Source of the DNA: Candidatus Parvarchaeota archaeon
Lineage (GTDB): Archaea; Nanobdellota; Nanobdellia; Parvarchaeales; Parvarchaeaceae
Reading direction: 5' to 3'
Assembly (NCBI GenBank): GCA_023378805.1
Contig: JAMCSQ010000019.1
Location: forward strand, 11,738 to 75,737
DNA: 64,000 nt
The notes under the pieces were generated by a model, which saw only the letters and a list, made by a program, of their open reading frames with translations, was not told where the DNA came from and ran no database searches. Of the stretch, positions 28,489 through 38,638 are shown piece by piece (within the stretch, counting starts at the first letter, position 1; every line of letters starts with the position of its first letter). The position numbers were made by a program, and so were the translations under genes.

Positions 28489-30270
28489 TTACTTATAATT
28501 CAATGCCGCAATAATATACATAGCAGACGACCATGTAAGCGGAGAGGTAGTCTGTAACGGATTGCCATGGTTTGGGTCTATAGCTTCTGGAAGCAAGAAA
28601 TCCTGAGAATGCTGTATAGACCACTTCATTAAATTAAATGCCCCTGAATAGTTTCCGTCTTTTTCATCGTAGTAGGCCAGAAATAAAGTAGTTATAATCC
28701 AAGGGGGCATAGGTCCAGAACTATCACGCAATGAAAGAGTATAATGATAAGTGTCCCCAGTAAACCTTGCCAATCCTCCTTCTATATCCAATGAATTTAT
28801 CATAGCAGTTATATCATTTTTTGCCTGAGTAGAATTTAATGAAATTAAACCAAAAGCTATAGGCAAAATAGAAGATGAATCGGCAATCATTGTTGGAGTA
28901 AAAACCAGCTGTCCAGTTCCATTTACATAAAGTTCTGAAGGAGTTACATACTCGCCATAGAAGCTACCGTTATAGAAATCATTTTCTATGGTATTATTGA
29001 GTATATTTGAATAATAATTGATTTTACTGCTATTTTCTTTAAGGGAATTTAAAAGCGCTACAGAATCCTTCATCCCGATAAGGTCCATTGCCTGAGTCCA
29101 GAAATTGTATGCCATTACATCCTCCCATATGCTTAGATCCTGCGGCAGAATCTTGCTTTTGTTTATGTTTAACTCTTCCCATTGCAATGACCTATTTATC
29201 ACAGGAAGAAACTGCATTATTAGCGTGAGATTATGTGTTATGTTGTAAAGAGAAGACACACCTATTTGGAAAAGACCAACGCTATCATATTCTGGTATAC
29301 CATAGGAGGTATCTGGAGCAGAAGTCCAGAAATTATACCTAGTATACCACGTGCCATCGCTTTTCTGCACGCTTTTCATCCAAACCCAATATTTTTCAGC
29401 TGAGTTTATATGGCCTGCATCCTGCAGGGACATGGCTGCAAATGAACCGTCTCTTACCCATGCATAAAGGTATATGGGGGAAGGAGAAGCTGAAAACTCT
29501 CCTGTTAGGGGATTTTGATCATCTTTTAGAAGCAGTAATGAAGTATAATATTGCGTAAGAAAACTGCCTCCAAGACTTATATTATTCGAACTATAAAGCC
29601 ATTTTTTTATGTACACGCCATTTGCAATTAGCACCTTGGAAACGTTTGTTTCGTTAAATTGCGAAAAAGAAATGATAATATACATATCCCCTTTGTTATT
29701 AATGGTTATGTTTGTATAATTCGCATTTACAGATGCATTAAATGCAGAATTTGGGGAATATATATAAATCTTAGGATTGTTCCCTACCGTGACTGTGCTA
29801 TTATCTAAGGAATATTCATTCTTCCCTTTTAATTGAAAGAGAAATGAATCTAAACCTGTTGAGTTCTGCTCTATAATTATGGAATTGGAGCCAAAAGGAG
29901 TAGAGATTAAATCCGTTGAATCGTTTCTATTTAACATTATTTCATTGTTTAACTTAAGAGTAACATTCTTTGTATTGCCGTCTAGAAAATAAAGCTTATC
30001 CGTTAAAAGACCATATTTACCGATCATAATATCACTTATAAATGGCTGGCCATACAGGCCAACTTCACTGTTGTTTATCCCAGTATAAACAAAAATAGAA
30101 TTATTTACCCAATTGCTTAAAAGCAGGGAGGACACGGAACTGTTATAAGTGCTTACGTTATAATCTATCAAATTTTTAGATTTCTGTGCTAAAAAAATAG
30201 TTAGTAAAACAACTGTTATAATCAAAAGAACAGCATAAAAATACCATTTTTTAAATCCTTTTTTTACCAT
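28489..30270 (-). CDS. Extracellular, membrane-anchored GH15-family (glucoamylase/glucodextranase-like) glycosidase, heavily N-sequon-rich
   Basis: N-terminal TM anchor. More than 25 N-x-S/T sequons. The GH15-type blocks YLYAWVRDGSF (cf. WxRD) and DLSIWEDVMAYNFWTQA (cf. the xWEE general-acid region) are present. Last gene of the SBP-permease operon. Confidence 0.5.
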   Translation of the reverse strand: MVKKGFKKWYFYAVLLIITVVLLTIFLAQKSKNLIDYNVSTYNSSVSSLLLSNWVNNSIFVYTGINNSEVGLYGQPFISDIMIGKYGLLTDKLYFLDGNTKNVTLKLNNEIMLNRNDSTDLISTPFGSNSIIIEQNSTGLDSFLFQLKGKNEYSLDNSTVTVGNNPKIYIYSPNSAFNASVNANYTNITINNKGDMYIIISFSQFNETNVSKVLIANGVYIKKWLYSSNNISLGGSFLTQYYTSLLLLKDDQNPLTGEFSASPSPIYLYAWVRDGSFAAMSLQDAGHINSAEKYWVWMKSVQKSDGTWYTRYNFWTSAPDTSYGIPEYDSVGLFQIGVSSLYNITHNLTLIMQFLPVINRSLQWEELNINKSKILPQDLSIWEDVMAYNFWTQAMDLIGMKDSVALLNSLKENSSKINYYSNILNNTIENDFYNGSFYGEYVTPSELYVNGTGQLVFTPTMIADSSSILPIAFGLISLNSTQAKNDITAMINSLDIEGGLARFTGDTYHYTLSLRDSSGPMPPWIITTLFLAYYDEKDGNYSGAFNLMKWSIQHSQDFLLPEAIDPNHGNPLQTTSPLTWSSAMYIIAALNYK

Positions 30271-31140
30271 TTACTTTGTGCCGCTCATTGTATACATCTG
30301 CGTAAGATATTTCTGGAATATTATATAAAATGCTAAAATAGGCAGGCCCATAAGTAGAGAAAAGGCCGAAAAAACATTGAGATTGACCGCACCTACTGCA
30401 GAAGTCCCGCCTAATGCAGAAACATGATAAAGTCCCAGCATTAATGTATAAAGAGATCCTTTACTAACAAATACATTAATAACCGCGTAATCTGTGTAAG
30501 CACCTATAAAAGCCAAAAGAGCTATAAAAATTACAACTGGCCTTGCTATTCTAAAAAGAATTGTAAAGAAAGCCCTAAATCTGCTTTGTCCATCAATCAT
30601 AGCTGCTTCTTCATATTCTTTTGGTATACTGTCTATAAAAATCTTAGACATATACGCACCGAATATTGCAGTACCACTTGCGTATATCGCAATAAGACCA
30701 AGGTAATTATTTGTAAGGCCTAATGTCGAAAAACTCAAGAAAAGAGGAATAACTATAGATGTAAAGGGGAAAAAAGTTAAAATATAAAGGAAAACAATGA
30801 GAGCTTTCTTACCCGCAATGTTAAGTCTTGCCAAAGCCACTCCTGACACAAAGGCCACCGTTACTGCCACTGCTAATGTTCCAACCGCAAGTATAAGACT
30901 ATTTCTTAGCCACAGAATGAATTGACTGTGGAAAACATACTGATAAGCTGAAAATGTAAAGCTAGATAAACTTGGGACAAGGTCACTTACAGATAAGTCT
31001 GCTATTGAAGAAAGCTTACTAAAGGAGGTTAATACAATGTAATAAAGCGGGAAAATAGCAAATAAAACTACTATACCTATAATTATGTAAGAGATAGTCC
31101 ACCGTAATATATCAAAAACCTTGTATTTGTTTATGTTCAT
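30271..31140 (-). CDS. Sugar ABC transporter permease (MalG-like)
   Basis: 289 aa with 6 TM helices. The EAA loop is ...KEYEEAAMIDGQSRFRAFF... Confidence 0.8.
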   Translation of the reverse strand: MNINKYKVFDILRWTISYIIIGIVVLFAIFPLYYIVLTSFSKLSSIADLSVSDLVPSLSSFTFSAYQYVFHSQFILWLRNSLILAVGTLAVAVTVAFVSGVALARLNIAGKKALIVFLYILTFFPFTSIVIPLFLSFSTLGLTNNYLGLIAIYASGTAIFGAYMSKIFIDSIPKEYEEAAMIDGQSRFRAFFTILFRIARPVVIFIALLAFIGAYTDYAVINVFVSKGSLYTLMLGLYHVSALGGTSAVGAVNLNVFSAFSLLMGLPILAFYIIFQKYLTQMYTMSGTK

Positions 31141-31147
31141 AATTACC

Positions 31148-32056
31148 TCATGTCAGCATATCCAGAACCTTCGTATACTTTAGCATAAATATTGCCATTA
31201 CTGCAAGTATTATAATCGAAACTACGGAAAAAGCAGAACCTAAGGCATAATTATAGAAATCAAATGCCTGATTATATGCATAAACTGTCAAAGAATAAGT
31301 ACTAGTTCCAGGCCCCCCTCCTGTCAATATATATATTGGGTAGAAATTATTCCAAGTAAATATAAAGCCACTTATTGCGGCAAATGCTATTGCTCCTTTT
31401 ATTGCCGGCCAAGTAACTTTACTAAACCTTTGAAATGTATTTGCCCCATCCACTTTTGCAGCTTCATGAAATTCATCGGGTATACTCTGCATTGATGAAA
31501 GAAAAAAAGTAGTGTAATAAGAAAAGGAAAGCCAAAGATTTGTAATTATTAATGCTGCCCATGCAGGCACTGTTTCAAACAACCAATTTATCTGATGAAT
31601 ACCTACTAAAGCTAACAATTGATTTATTATTCCAAAATGCGTATTCCACATATCCGCCCAAATCAACAGAGAAATAAACGCAGGAAATGCCCATGGTAAC
31701 AGTATAAGCGTAAATAAGGGGCCCTTCCCTTTAAATCCCTTCTGATTAAGTATATTTGCAACCAATAAGCCCAAAAGAACCATTGGAACTAAGCTTCCCA
31801 CTGTCCAGATTAATGTTTGTAGTATTATTGGATAGATCAAACCACTTTTAAATAGGAGTGCATAATTAGTAAATCCCACTACAGTTGCATTAAAAAAATG
31901 AGTCAAACTAAAATTTGTAAAAGAGACATAAATGCCATAAGATATTGGATATAAAAAGACAAAAAGTATCAATGCAATTATTGGCAAAAGATATAAATAA
32001 TTTATTGATTGCAAACCAAGTTTTCTCAAAAACTTGTTTTTTATTTCTATTTGCAT
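31148..32056 (-). CDS. Sugar ABC transporter permease (MalF-like)
   Basis: 302 aa with 6 TM helices. The EAA loop is IPDEFHEAAKVDGANTFQRF. Confidence 0.8.
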   Translation of the reverse strand: MQIEIKNKFLRKLGLQSINYLYLLPIIALILFVFLYPISYGIYVSFTNFSLTHFFNATVVGFTNYALLFKSGLIYPIILQTLIWTVGSLVPMVLLGLLVANILNQKGFKGKGPLFTLILLPWAFPAFISLLIWADMWNTHFGIINQLLALVGIHQINWLFETVPAWAALIITNLWLSFSYYTTFFLSSMQSIPDEFHEAAKVDGANTFQRFSKVTWPAIKGAIAFAAISGFIFTWNNFYPIYILTGGGPGTSTYSLTVYAYNQAFDFYNYALGSAFSVVSIIILAVMAIFMLKYTKVLDMLT

Positions 32057-32171
32057 AAAATTAATAAATTTTTATTAAATTTATGCCTTTTGTTGCATAA
32101 TTCTGTTGAAAACAGTGGCGGATACTTAATAAAATAAAATTAATATTTTATTAAACTTATTAAAGTAATGC

Positions 32172-33584
32172 TTAACCGCAAACAGATAAAACATTAGTAC
32201 TGTTGCTCGATATAAACGCTTGAAGACAAGTTGCAACATCAGATGCGCTTATTGTTCTGTTTGTATAGTATAATCCCAATTCTGCATGAGCATCCGCTAC
32301 TCCACTGTACCAGTAATTCATCTGCGGAGTACTAGGCGTTGGTGAAGTGTGACCATCCTCCTGTTCAAGTATTCCTTTTTCTATAGGACTAAACTCTGAT
32401 GCTGTCATATTTTCAGCAACTGCAAACGCCGGATCTAAAGTACCTGTATTTGCCTTTGCAATTAAGCTATTTAATGCAACACTGTCAGAAGGTAAATCTC
32501 CCGTACCATTATACATCAACAACTCTGCTTCTGGTGAAGCTAAGAACTGTGCAAATATTACTGAGGCATTGAGCTGAGCAGGTGTAGCGCCGCTTGCTAT
32601 GGGTGCCGTGACAGCTATACCTTCTGAACCTATTAAAGGCGCAAAGTACGAACCTGTTGATGAAACCTCTGGAAGAGGAGCTGTGCCTAACTTACTACCC
32701 AAAGTCTTAACATAAGCCGTTAAGTCCCAAGGACCATCAAATATGACAGCCGCTTTACCAGATTCAAATAGAGATCCTTCTAAGCCTGTAGCTCCAGCCA
32801 CGCCACTACCAGAGCCTAAAGGTGCATTTAAATGATCAACATAAGTCAAATTGTACCAGAACTCTAAAGCATTTACCATTGCAGGATTATTAAGTGTAAC
32901 TGAGCCGGTTGTTTTATTAGCAAATATATATGTGCCAAAGCCCGGCAACCAAGCTGCAAACCTATAACCGTAATCTGAACCTAAACCATAAGCTATACCC
33001 CAAACACCTGTCTTGTTTATAGCTTCTAACTGTGAAATTAAAGCATTAGTGTTGTTAGCAATTCCATTAGGGAAAAACTGCTTGTTATAGTACATCAATA
33101 TTGAATTTTCATTCACTGGCAAACCAAACATTGCATTTCCAGAACTCTCTGCTGCAACTGTACCGCTAGTAAATTGATTAAAGTAAGACGAATTTGAAAT
33201 ATAACTCTTAAGATTAACTATGAACCCGCCTGTATAAAGCAAACCTTCATCATTACTTGAGTCATAATATACATTAGGAGCCTTGTGAGAAGCTGCATCC
33301 GTCTCAAAATTAGGAGTGGATAAACTTACGTTTGTAACTTGAACATGTATGTTAGGATACGCTTTTTCAAACATAGGCAATAATTCATTATAAAATACCG
33401 TAGATTCGCTTGGATCATATGCCTGCCAATAAGTTATAGTTACTGGAGAAGAAGTAGTTTTAGTAGTTGATGTATTTGTTGGAGTGACCTTTACAGAAGA
33501 AGGGTGATAAGTTACAGCTACTACTGCAATTATTATAATAACCACAACAACGGCAATTATTACACCGATAATTGAGCTCTTCAT
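32172..33584 (-). CDS. Extracellular solute-binding protein (carbohydrate ABC transporter), membrane-anchored with Thr-rich linker
   Basis: N-terminal TM anchor. A TPTNTSTTKTTSS linker follows. The 470-aa size and YWQAYD start of the mature domain are typical of family-1 sugar-binding proteins. Confidence 0.65.
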   Translation of the reverse strand: MKSSIIGVIIAVVVVIIIIAVVAVTYHPSSVKVTPTNTSTTKTTSSPVTITYWQAYDPSESTVFYNELLPMFEKAYPNIHVQVTNVSLSTPNFETDAASHKAPNVYYDSSNDEGLLYTGGFIVNLKSYISNSSYFNQFTSGTVAAESSGNAMFGLPVNENSILMYYNKQFFPNGIANNTNALISQLEAINKTGVWGIAYGLGSDYGYRFAAWLPGFGTYIFANKTTGSVTLNNPAMVNALEFWYNLTYVDHLNAPLGSGSGVAGATGLEGSLFESGKAAVIFDGPWDLTAYVKTLGSKLGTAPLPEVSSTGSYFAPLIGSEGIAVTAPIASGATPAQLNASVIFAQFLASPEAELLMYNGTGDLPSDSVALNSLIAKANTGTLDPAFAVAENMTASEFSPIEKGILEQEDGHTSPTPSTPQMNYWYSGVADAHAELGLYYTNRTISASDVATCLQAFISSNSTNVLSVCG

Positions 33585-33665
33585 ACTGATTCAAAAAGGT
33601 TTTAGTATTTAAAGCTTTTTATTAGCACAAAATATTACTTATATTGTAAATATTTATAGTAGTGC

Positions 33666-35444
33666 ATGGAAATAAAACAATATACAAATAAAAATGTCCA
33701 TAAAATAAAAATAAACGCCTACGAACCTATTATAAACTTTAATTTCGCAGAAAAAAGACCAAAGAAATTTAAAACAAATAAAATAAAAATAAACGGGCAG
33801 GAAATAAAAATAAAAGAAACTGCTGTTGGATTAGAAATAAGCAAATCGCTTGATATTAATGAACACATTCTGGGCTTGGGAGAGAAAGCTTTTGAATTGG
33901 ATAGAAGAAGAACCAAATTAACAATGTGGAATACTGATTCATATGCGTACAAGCAGTATACTGATCCTTTATATGTATCTATTCCATTTTTCATAGATAT
34001 AACGAAGAATAGCAGGCTTGGCATATTTGTGAATTATGCTGGAAAATTGATTTTTGATATTGGAATAGAAAAGTATGATGAGCTGAGAATAAAGATACCT
34101 AATAGTTCCGTTGAGTTCTTTGCCATAGAAGGTAAGAACATAAAAGAGATCATAAGGAATTTTGTTAAGCTCACTGGCATGCCATTTAAAATACCTGATT
34201 GGGCATTAGGTCATTCAATCTCTAGGTATAGTTATTTCCCACAGGAAAAAGTAATAGAAGTTTTAAAAGAATACAAAAAATACACGAAGGTTGACACACT
34301 CTATTTAGATATAGATTATATGAATAAAAACAGGATATTTGAATGGAACAGAGAATATTTTCCAAATCCAAAAAAGATGATTAATGAAATACATAAATTA
34401 GGAACAAAGATAGTTACAATAATTGATCCTGCTGTAATCGCTGATCAAAATGACAATTTATTTATAAGTGGTATAGGAAAGTACTGTGAAACTCAAAACG
34501 GTGAAATTTACACTGCAGACGTGTGGGCAGGTAAATCTGTATTTCCAGATTTTTTAAATAAAGAAACAAGAAAATGGTGGACTGATAATATAAAGAGGTG
34601 GATAAACACCTATAAAATTGATGGAATATGGCTAGATATGAATGAGCCTGCAGCATTTACCCAGACAAAGACTCTTGATAACAATGTATTGCATGCTGGC
34701 GGCAAAAAAACTATAAAGCACAGTGAATTGCATAATGCATACTCCTATTTTGAAGCACTTGCAACCTATGAAGCTATTAAAGATAAATTTATTCTTTCAA
34801 GGGCAGGATATGCAGGAATACAGAAATATGCCGCTATATGGTCTGGTGACTCGGTTTCCTCTTGGGATGACATGAAAATACAGATACCTTTACTGTTAAG
34901 TTTGAGTATTTCCGGAATACCTTATGTTGGCTGTGATATTGGCGGATTCGTAGGCAGAAGTGACCATGAACTATTAGCAAGATACTACCAGATGGCAGCT
35001 TTCTTCCCAATCTTCAGAAATCACAAAAATAAAGATGGTAACGATCAGGAGATATATAACATAGAGGAAAAACAAAGAGAAAAAATAAAGAAAGCGATAG
35101 ATACACGTTACTTGTTTATGGGTTACATAAAGGAACTTGCAGACAATGCCCATAAAAACGGTGAACCAATTATAAGACCCTTGCTTTATGAATTTGAATC
35201 GGATGAAAATGCTTACAACGTAAATGATGAATATATGGTAGGAGAACACATTCTGTACGCACCAATATTGGAGAAAGATAAAGATAGCAGAGAAGTTTAC
35301 CTGCCAAATGACAAATGGCTTGAATTTAACAGTAATATCGAATTCCAGGGCCCTTGCTATGTTAAGTCTACAGGAGACATGCCAATTTTTATAAGGAAAG
35401 GTACAACCCTAAAATTAACAGATAAGAGAATTATAAAATATTAG
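33666..35444 (+). CDS. Alpha-glucosidase, glycoside hydrolase family 31
   Basis: GH31 nucleophile motif GIWLDMNEPA. The acid/base region WSGDSVSSWDDM matches WxGDN. 592 aa. Confidence 0.9.
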   Translation: MEIKQYTNKNVHKIKINAYEPIINFNFAEKRPKKFKTNKIKINGQEIKIKETAVGLEISKSLDINEHILGLGEKAFELDRRRTKLTMWNTDSYAYKQYTDPLYVSIPFFIDITKNSRLGIFVNYAGKLIFDIGIEKYDELRIKIPNSSVEFFAIEGKNIKEIIRNFVKLTGMPFKIPDWALGHSISRYSYFPQEKVIEVLKEYKKYTKVDTLYLDIDYMNKNRIFEWNREYFPNPKKMINEIHKLGTKIVTIIDPAVIADQNDNLFISGIGKYCETQNGEIYTADVWAGKSVFPDFLNKETRKWWTDNIKRWINTYKIDGIWLDMNEPAAFTQTKTLDNNVLHAGGKKTIKHSELHNAYSYFEALATYEAIKDKFILSRAGYAGIQKYAAIWSGDSVSSWDDMKIQIPLLLSLSISGIPYVGCDIGGFVGRSDHELLARYYQMAAFFPIFRNHKNKDGNDQEIYNIEEKQREKIKKAIDTRYLFMGYIKELADNAHKNGEPIIRPLLYEFESDENAYNVNDEYMVGEHILYAPILEKDKDSREVYLPNDKWLEFNSNIEFQGPCYVKSTGDMPIFIRKGTTLKLTDKRIIKY

Positions 35445-37207
35445 TTATTACTCAAAATATCAATAATTGAATTTATAAATGTGGCATGTACAAACCCTTG
35501 AGGAAAATTACCTGTGAATACCTTATCATGCACGTCTATGTCCTCGCCAATTAGATTATTTGGTCCAACCATGCTTTTCACGTTTTTAAGCAGCTGTAAA
35601 GCCTCATTTTTTCTTTTCAGCTGTGAGTAAACCGAAGCAAGCCACATAGAACAAAGAACAAAAGCATGATTGGATTTACCAATCGAATCAAAATTATACC
35701 TATAAACGAAACCTTTAACAAAAAGTGTTTTTTCAACAATCTTAAGAGTTTTAATAAATACAGAGTCATTGACATCAATAAAGCCATAAATTGGAAATGA
35801 CAGTACTGTAGAATCTACTTCATTACTTTTTGGAAAAGTAACAAAGTAGCCGTCTTTTATGCAATTAGATATAACCCAGTTCTTTATTTCGTTTCTTGTT
35901 TCCTTCCATCTATCTAGTCCTCCTATCGCTGAAATTAGTTTTCCGGCAGTTTCTAAGGCTACCCATATCATGACTTTTGAATGTGCATACTCATGATCTT
36001 CAGGCTTTTCCCATATCCCAGAATCGGCAAGCTGCCAATTATCAGATAACCAATCTGCTATGTATTCTATCGCTTTTGAATGGTTCTGTATAAATTCTTT
36101 ATCGTGAGTAGAATCAAAATAACCCGCTACGGCATATAAAAACTCTCCTTCTATATCCAATTGTATCTGATTGGTAGCTCGATTGCCTATTCTTACAGGC
36201 TTCGAATTCATAAAGCCATTCAAGGAGTCAATATACCTCTCACCGTATATTTTTGTACCATCTACCTTGTAAAGATTATAAAGTGGTTTGCCAGAATAAT
36301 CTATCATACTAAATAAAAATTCAAGCGCCCTCCTCCCCTCCATATAAAAACCCAATCTGCAGAGAGCAGAAGCCATTATTGCTGAATCCCTTACCCAAAC
36401 ATATCTGTAATCCCAGTTTCTATTACCACCGGGATCTTCAGGCAAAGAAGCGGTAGGTGCGGCTATTATACTGCCGGTTGGTGAATAGGTGAGCCCGAGT
36501 ATAGTAAAAAGGGATGACCTTAAAAGAGGTTCAAATTCCTCCAGATCTGTACCAGAAAGACTTAGTTTTATTCTTTCTGCGTATGCTCCCCAGTAATCTA
36601 TAGTTGAATCTAGCGCTTTTGACAGATTAGATGAAGAGACATTTTTACCCTCTAATTCGTATATCTCTGCCGACTGATAATAAGAAAGTATGACCTGTGT
36701 TAATCCTTTTTCTATCTCCCATGTAAACTCTCCAGTTTTTTTGGATTTTCCTATTATCTCTAAAACCAGTCTTCCTTTCCCATTTTTACTATCAAACATC
36801 ATTTTCCCATCGTTCTCCGAGTAATTGAAATTCATTGAATGAAAACTAAATAAAGGATTGAAGTTAAGCTGGAGGTTTATCTCTGAGTTTATGTCCCTAA
36901 CAAATATTGTTTTACCCGGTATCAAAAAATCATTTATGTCTGCACTTCCTTCTGATGTTTTAAAATTAGTGTGCAAAACGTTTGGTGCAGTGTACTTATG
37001 CAAAGATGAAAACTGTAATATTGGACTTATTCTGAAAACCCCTCCATTGCTTTCATCTAACAAATAAGCTAAGGACGGATCAGAATCGAACCTTGGAAAG
37101 CAAAGCCAAAGTACATTGCCATTTTTGTCTATTAAAGAACTCGTTAATTGATTGCTTATAAATCCAACATCCTTGAAGTCTGCAAAAGTTAATGCCATTA
37201 TTGTCAA
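35441..37207 (-). CDS. GH15-family glucoamylase/trehalase (cytoplasmic, archaeal type)
   Basis: YVWVRDSAIMASAL matches WxRD. SGIWEKPEDHEYAHSKVMIWVALE carries the GH15 catalytic Glu region. The architecture is an N-terminal beta-domain plus an (alpha/alpha)6 barrel. Confidence 0.85.
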   Translation of the reverse strand: MTIMALTFADFKDVGFISNQLTSSLIDKNGNVLWLCFPRFDSDPSLAYLLDESNGGVFRISPILQFSSLHKYTAPNVLHTNFKTSEGSADINDFLIPGKTIFVRDINSEINLQLNFNPLFSFHSMNFNYSENDGKMMFDSKNGKGRLVLEIIGKSKKTGEFTWEIEKGLTQVILSYYQSAEIYELEGKNVSSSNLSKALDSTIDYWGAYAERIKLSLSGTDLEEFEPLLRSSLFTILGLTYSPTGSIIAAPTASLPEDPGGNRNWDYRYVWVRDSAIMASALCRLGFYMEGRRALEFLFSMIDYSGKPLYNLYKVDGTKIYGERYIDSLNGFMNSKPVRIGNRATNQIQLDIEGEFLYAVAGYFDSTHDKEFIQNHSKAIEYIADWLSDNWQLADSGIWEKPEDHEYAHSKVMIWVALETAGKLISAIGGLDRWKETRNEIKNWVISNCIKDGYFVTFPKSNEVDSTVLSFPIYGFIDVNDSVFIKTLKIVEKTLFVKGFVYRYNFDSIGKSNHAFVLCSMWLASVYSQLKRKNEALQLLKNVKSMVGPNNLIGEDIDVHDKVFTGNFPQGFVHATFINSIIDILSNN

Positions 37208-37272
37208 TACAAGTTCCTAAGATATTAAACTTTTGCAAGTATAAATTTATATTTTAGGTATCATTATATTAT

Positions 37273-38292
37273 ATGAAAACAAAAGCTGCTTTCCTTAAAA
37301 ACCCAGAAAAGATTGAAGAAAACCCTCTAAAAATAATTAGATTGGAATTGCCAGAGCTAAAAGAAAATGAAGTGCTAATAAAAGTAAACGCATGTGGTGT
37401 ATGTAGAACAGATTTACATGTAGTAGAAGGAGAGCTTGGAAAAGTAAATGATATAGTCCCAGGACATGAAGTAGTAGGTACTATTGAAAAGACCGGGAGC
37501 GAAGTTAAGAACCAAAAAATCGGTAATAAAGTAGGAGTTGCCTGGCTGTACAGCTCATGCGGAAGCTGCCAATACTGTCTCAGTGGCAGGGAAAATCTAT
37601 GTCAAAACAAACAGTTTACTGGCTTTTCTAAAAACGGGGGTTACTCCGAATACATTATAGCTGATAATAGGTTTATATTTAATCTGCCTGTCGGATTAAA
37701 GGATGAAGAAATTGCTCCATTGCTTTGTTCCGGAGCGATAGGTTACCGTTCTTTCAAATTAGCAAATGCTTCCCCTGGAAGCAACATCGCACTGTTCGGA
37801 TTCGGTGGTTCAGCGCACTTAACATTACAACTTGCAAAGAGATTTGGACACAAAGTTATAATAATAAGCAGAGATAAAAACCACCTCAAGCTTGCCAGTG
37901 AGCTTGGGGCTGATTTCACTTTTTCGCCTAAAAACGGAGATGTATACGAAAATTTAAAGGATAAAGACATAGAAGCCGCAATAATTTTTGCCCCTTCAGC
38001 TATACCCATAATGAATGCCTTAAAAATAATAAAACCGGGTGGGAGGGTAGTTGTTGCCGGAATACACGTAGACGGAGAAATAAAGATTGATTATGACCTG
38101 CAGTTGTTCCATGAAAAGACACTGCTTTCCGTTGAATCCTACACAAGAGAAGACATGTTAGAGTATTTGAGACTTGCCACAAATTTAGGTATAAAACCAG
38201 TATATACTGATATAAAGTTGGAAGAGATAAACGCAGCATTGACTGACCTTAAAAACAGCGAAGTGCTGGGCGTAAAAGTAATAAAATTTTAG
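37273..38292 (+). CDS. adh: Zinc-dependent alcohol dehydrogenase (MDR family)
   Basis: Catalytic Zn site CGVCRTDLHVVEGE...GHEVVG. Structural Zn site CGSCQYCLSGRENLC. Rossmann motif GFGGSAH. Confidence 0.9.
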   Translation: MKTKAAFLKNPEKIEENPLKIIRLELPELKENEVLIKVNACGVCRTDLHVVEGELGKVNDIVPGHEVVGTIEKTGSEVKNQKIGNKVGVAWLYSSCGSCQYCLSGRENLCQNKQFTGFSKNGGYSEYIIADNRFIFNLPVGLKDEEIAPLLCSGAIGYRSFKLANASPGSNIALFGFGGSAHLTLQLAKRFGHKVIIISRDKNHLKLASELGADFTFSPKNGDVYENLKDKDIEAAIIFAPSAIPIMNALKIIKPGGRVVVAGIHVDGEIKIDYDLQLFHEKTLLSVESYTREDMLEYLRLATNLGIKPVYTDIKLEEINAALTDLKNSEVLGVKVIKF

Positions 38293-38323
38293 ATATTTAA
38301 ACTGAAAAGCTTTTAATAAGAAT

Positions 38324-38638
38324 ATGGAATCAAATGGAAAAACCTATAGATTAGATGAGATACTTGGAAAACCTATTGTAATATCCTCTGATAAAAAAAC
38401 CAGAATTTATGGATTGAACGTTAAAGGCAGAGAAGTTGCGATTTCGGCATATTCAGAAAGCGAATCAAGTAAGGGATATTTCCATAGAGTAGAGATAGAA
38501 TATCTACCGGCTTCAATGTATTTAATAAATGGAAGTTGTACATGCGAATCATTTCAATACTATGGCATGCCATGTAAACACATGCTTAAAGTAAGAAATG
38601 TATACATTAAAAACAGGGATAAAATTAATAAATACTAG
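38324..38638 (+). CDS. SWIM zinc-finger domain protein
   Basis: C-x-C-x9-C-x-H signature CTCESFQYYGMPCKHML at the C-terminus of a 104-aa protein. Confidence 0.5.
   Translation: MESNGKTYRLDEILGKPIVISSDKKTRIYGLNVKGREVAISAYSESESSKGYFHRVEIEYLPASMYLINGSCTCESFQYYGMPCKHMLKVRNVYIKNRDKINKY

Noticed and set aside
28489-37207. Recent tandem duplication explaining the two GH15-like genes
   Set aside because: The two proteins share only short catalytic blocks and differ in topology, one membrane-anchored and extracellular, the other cytoplasmic. They are old paralogues, not a recent duplication.
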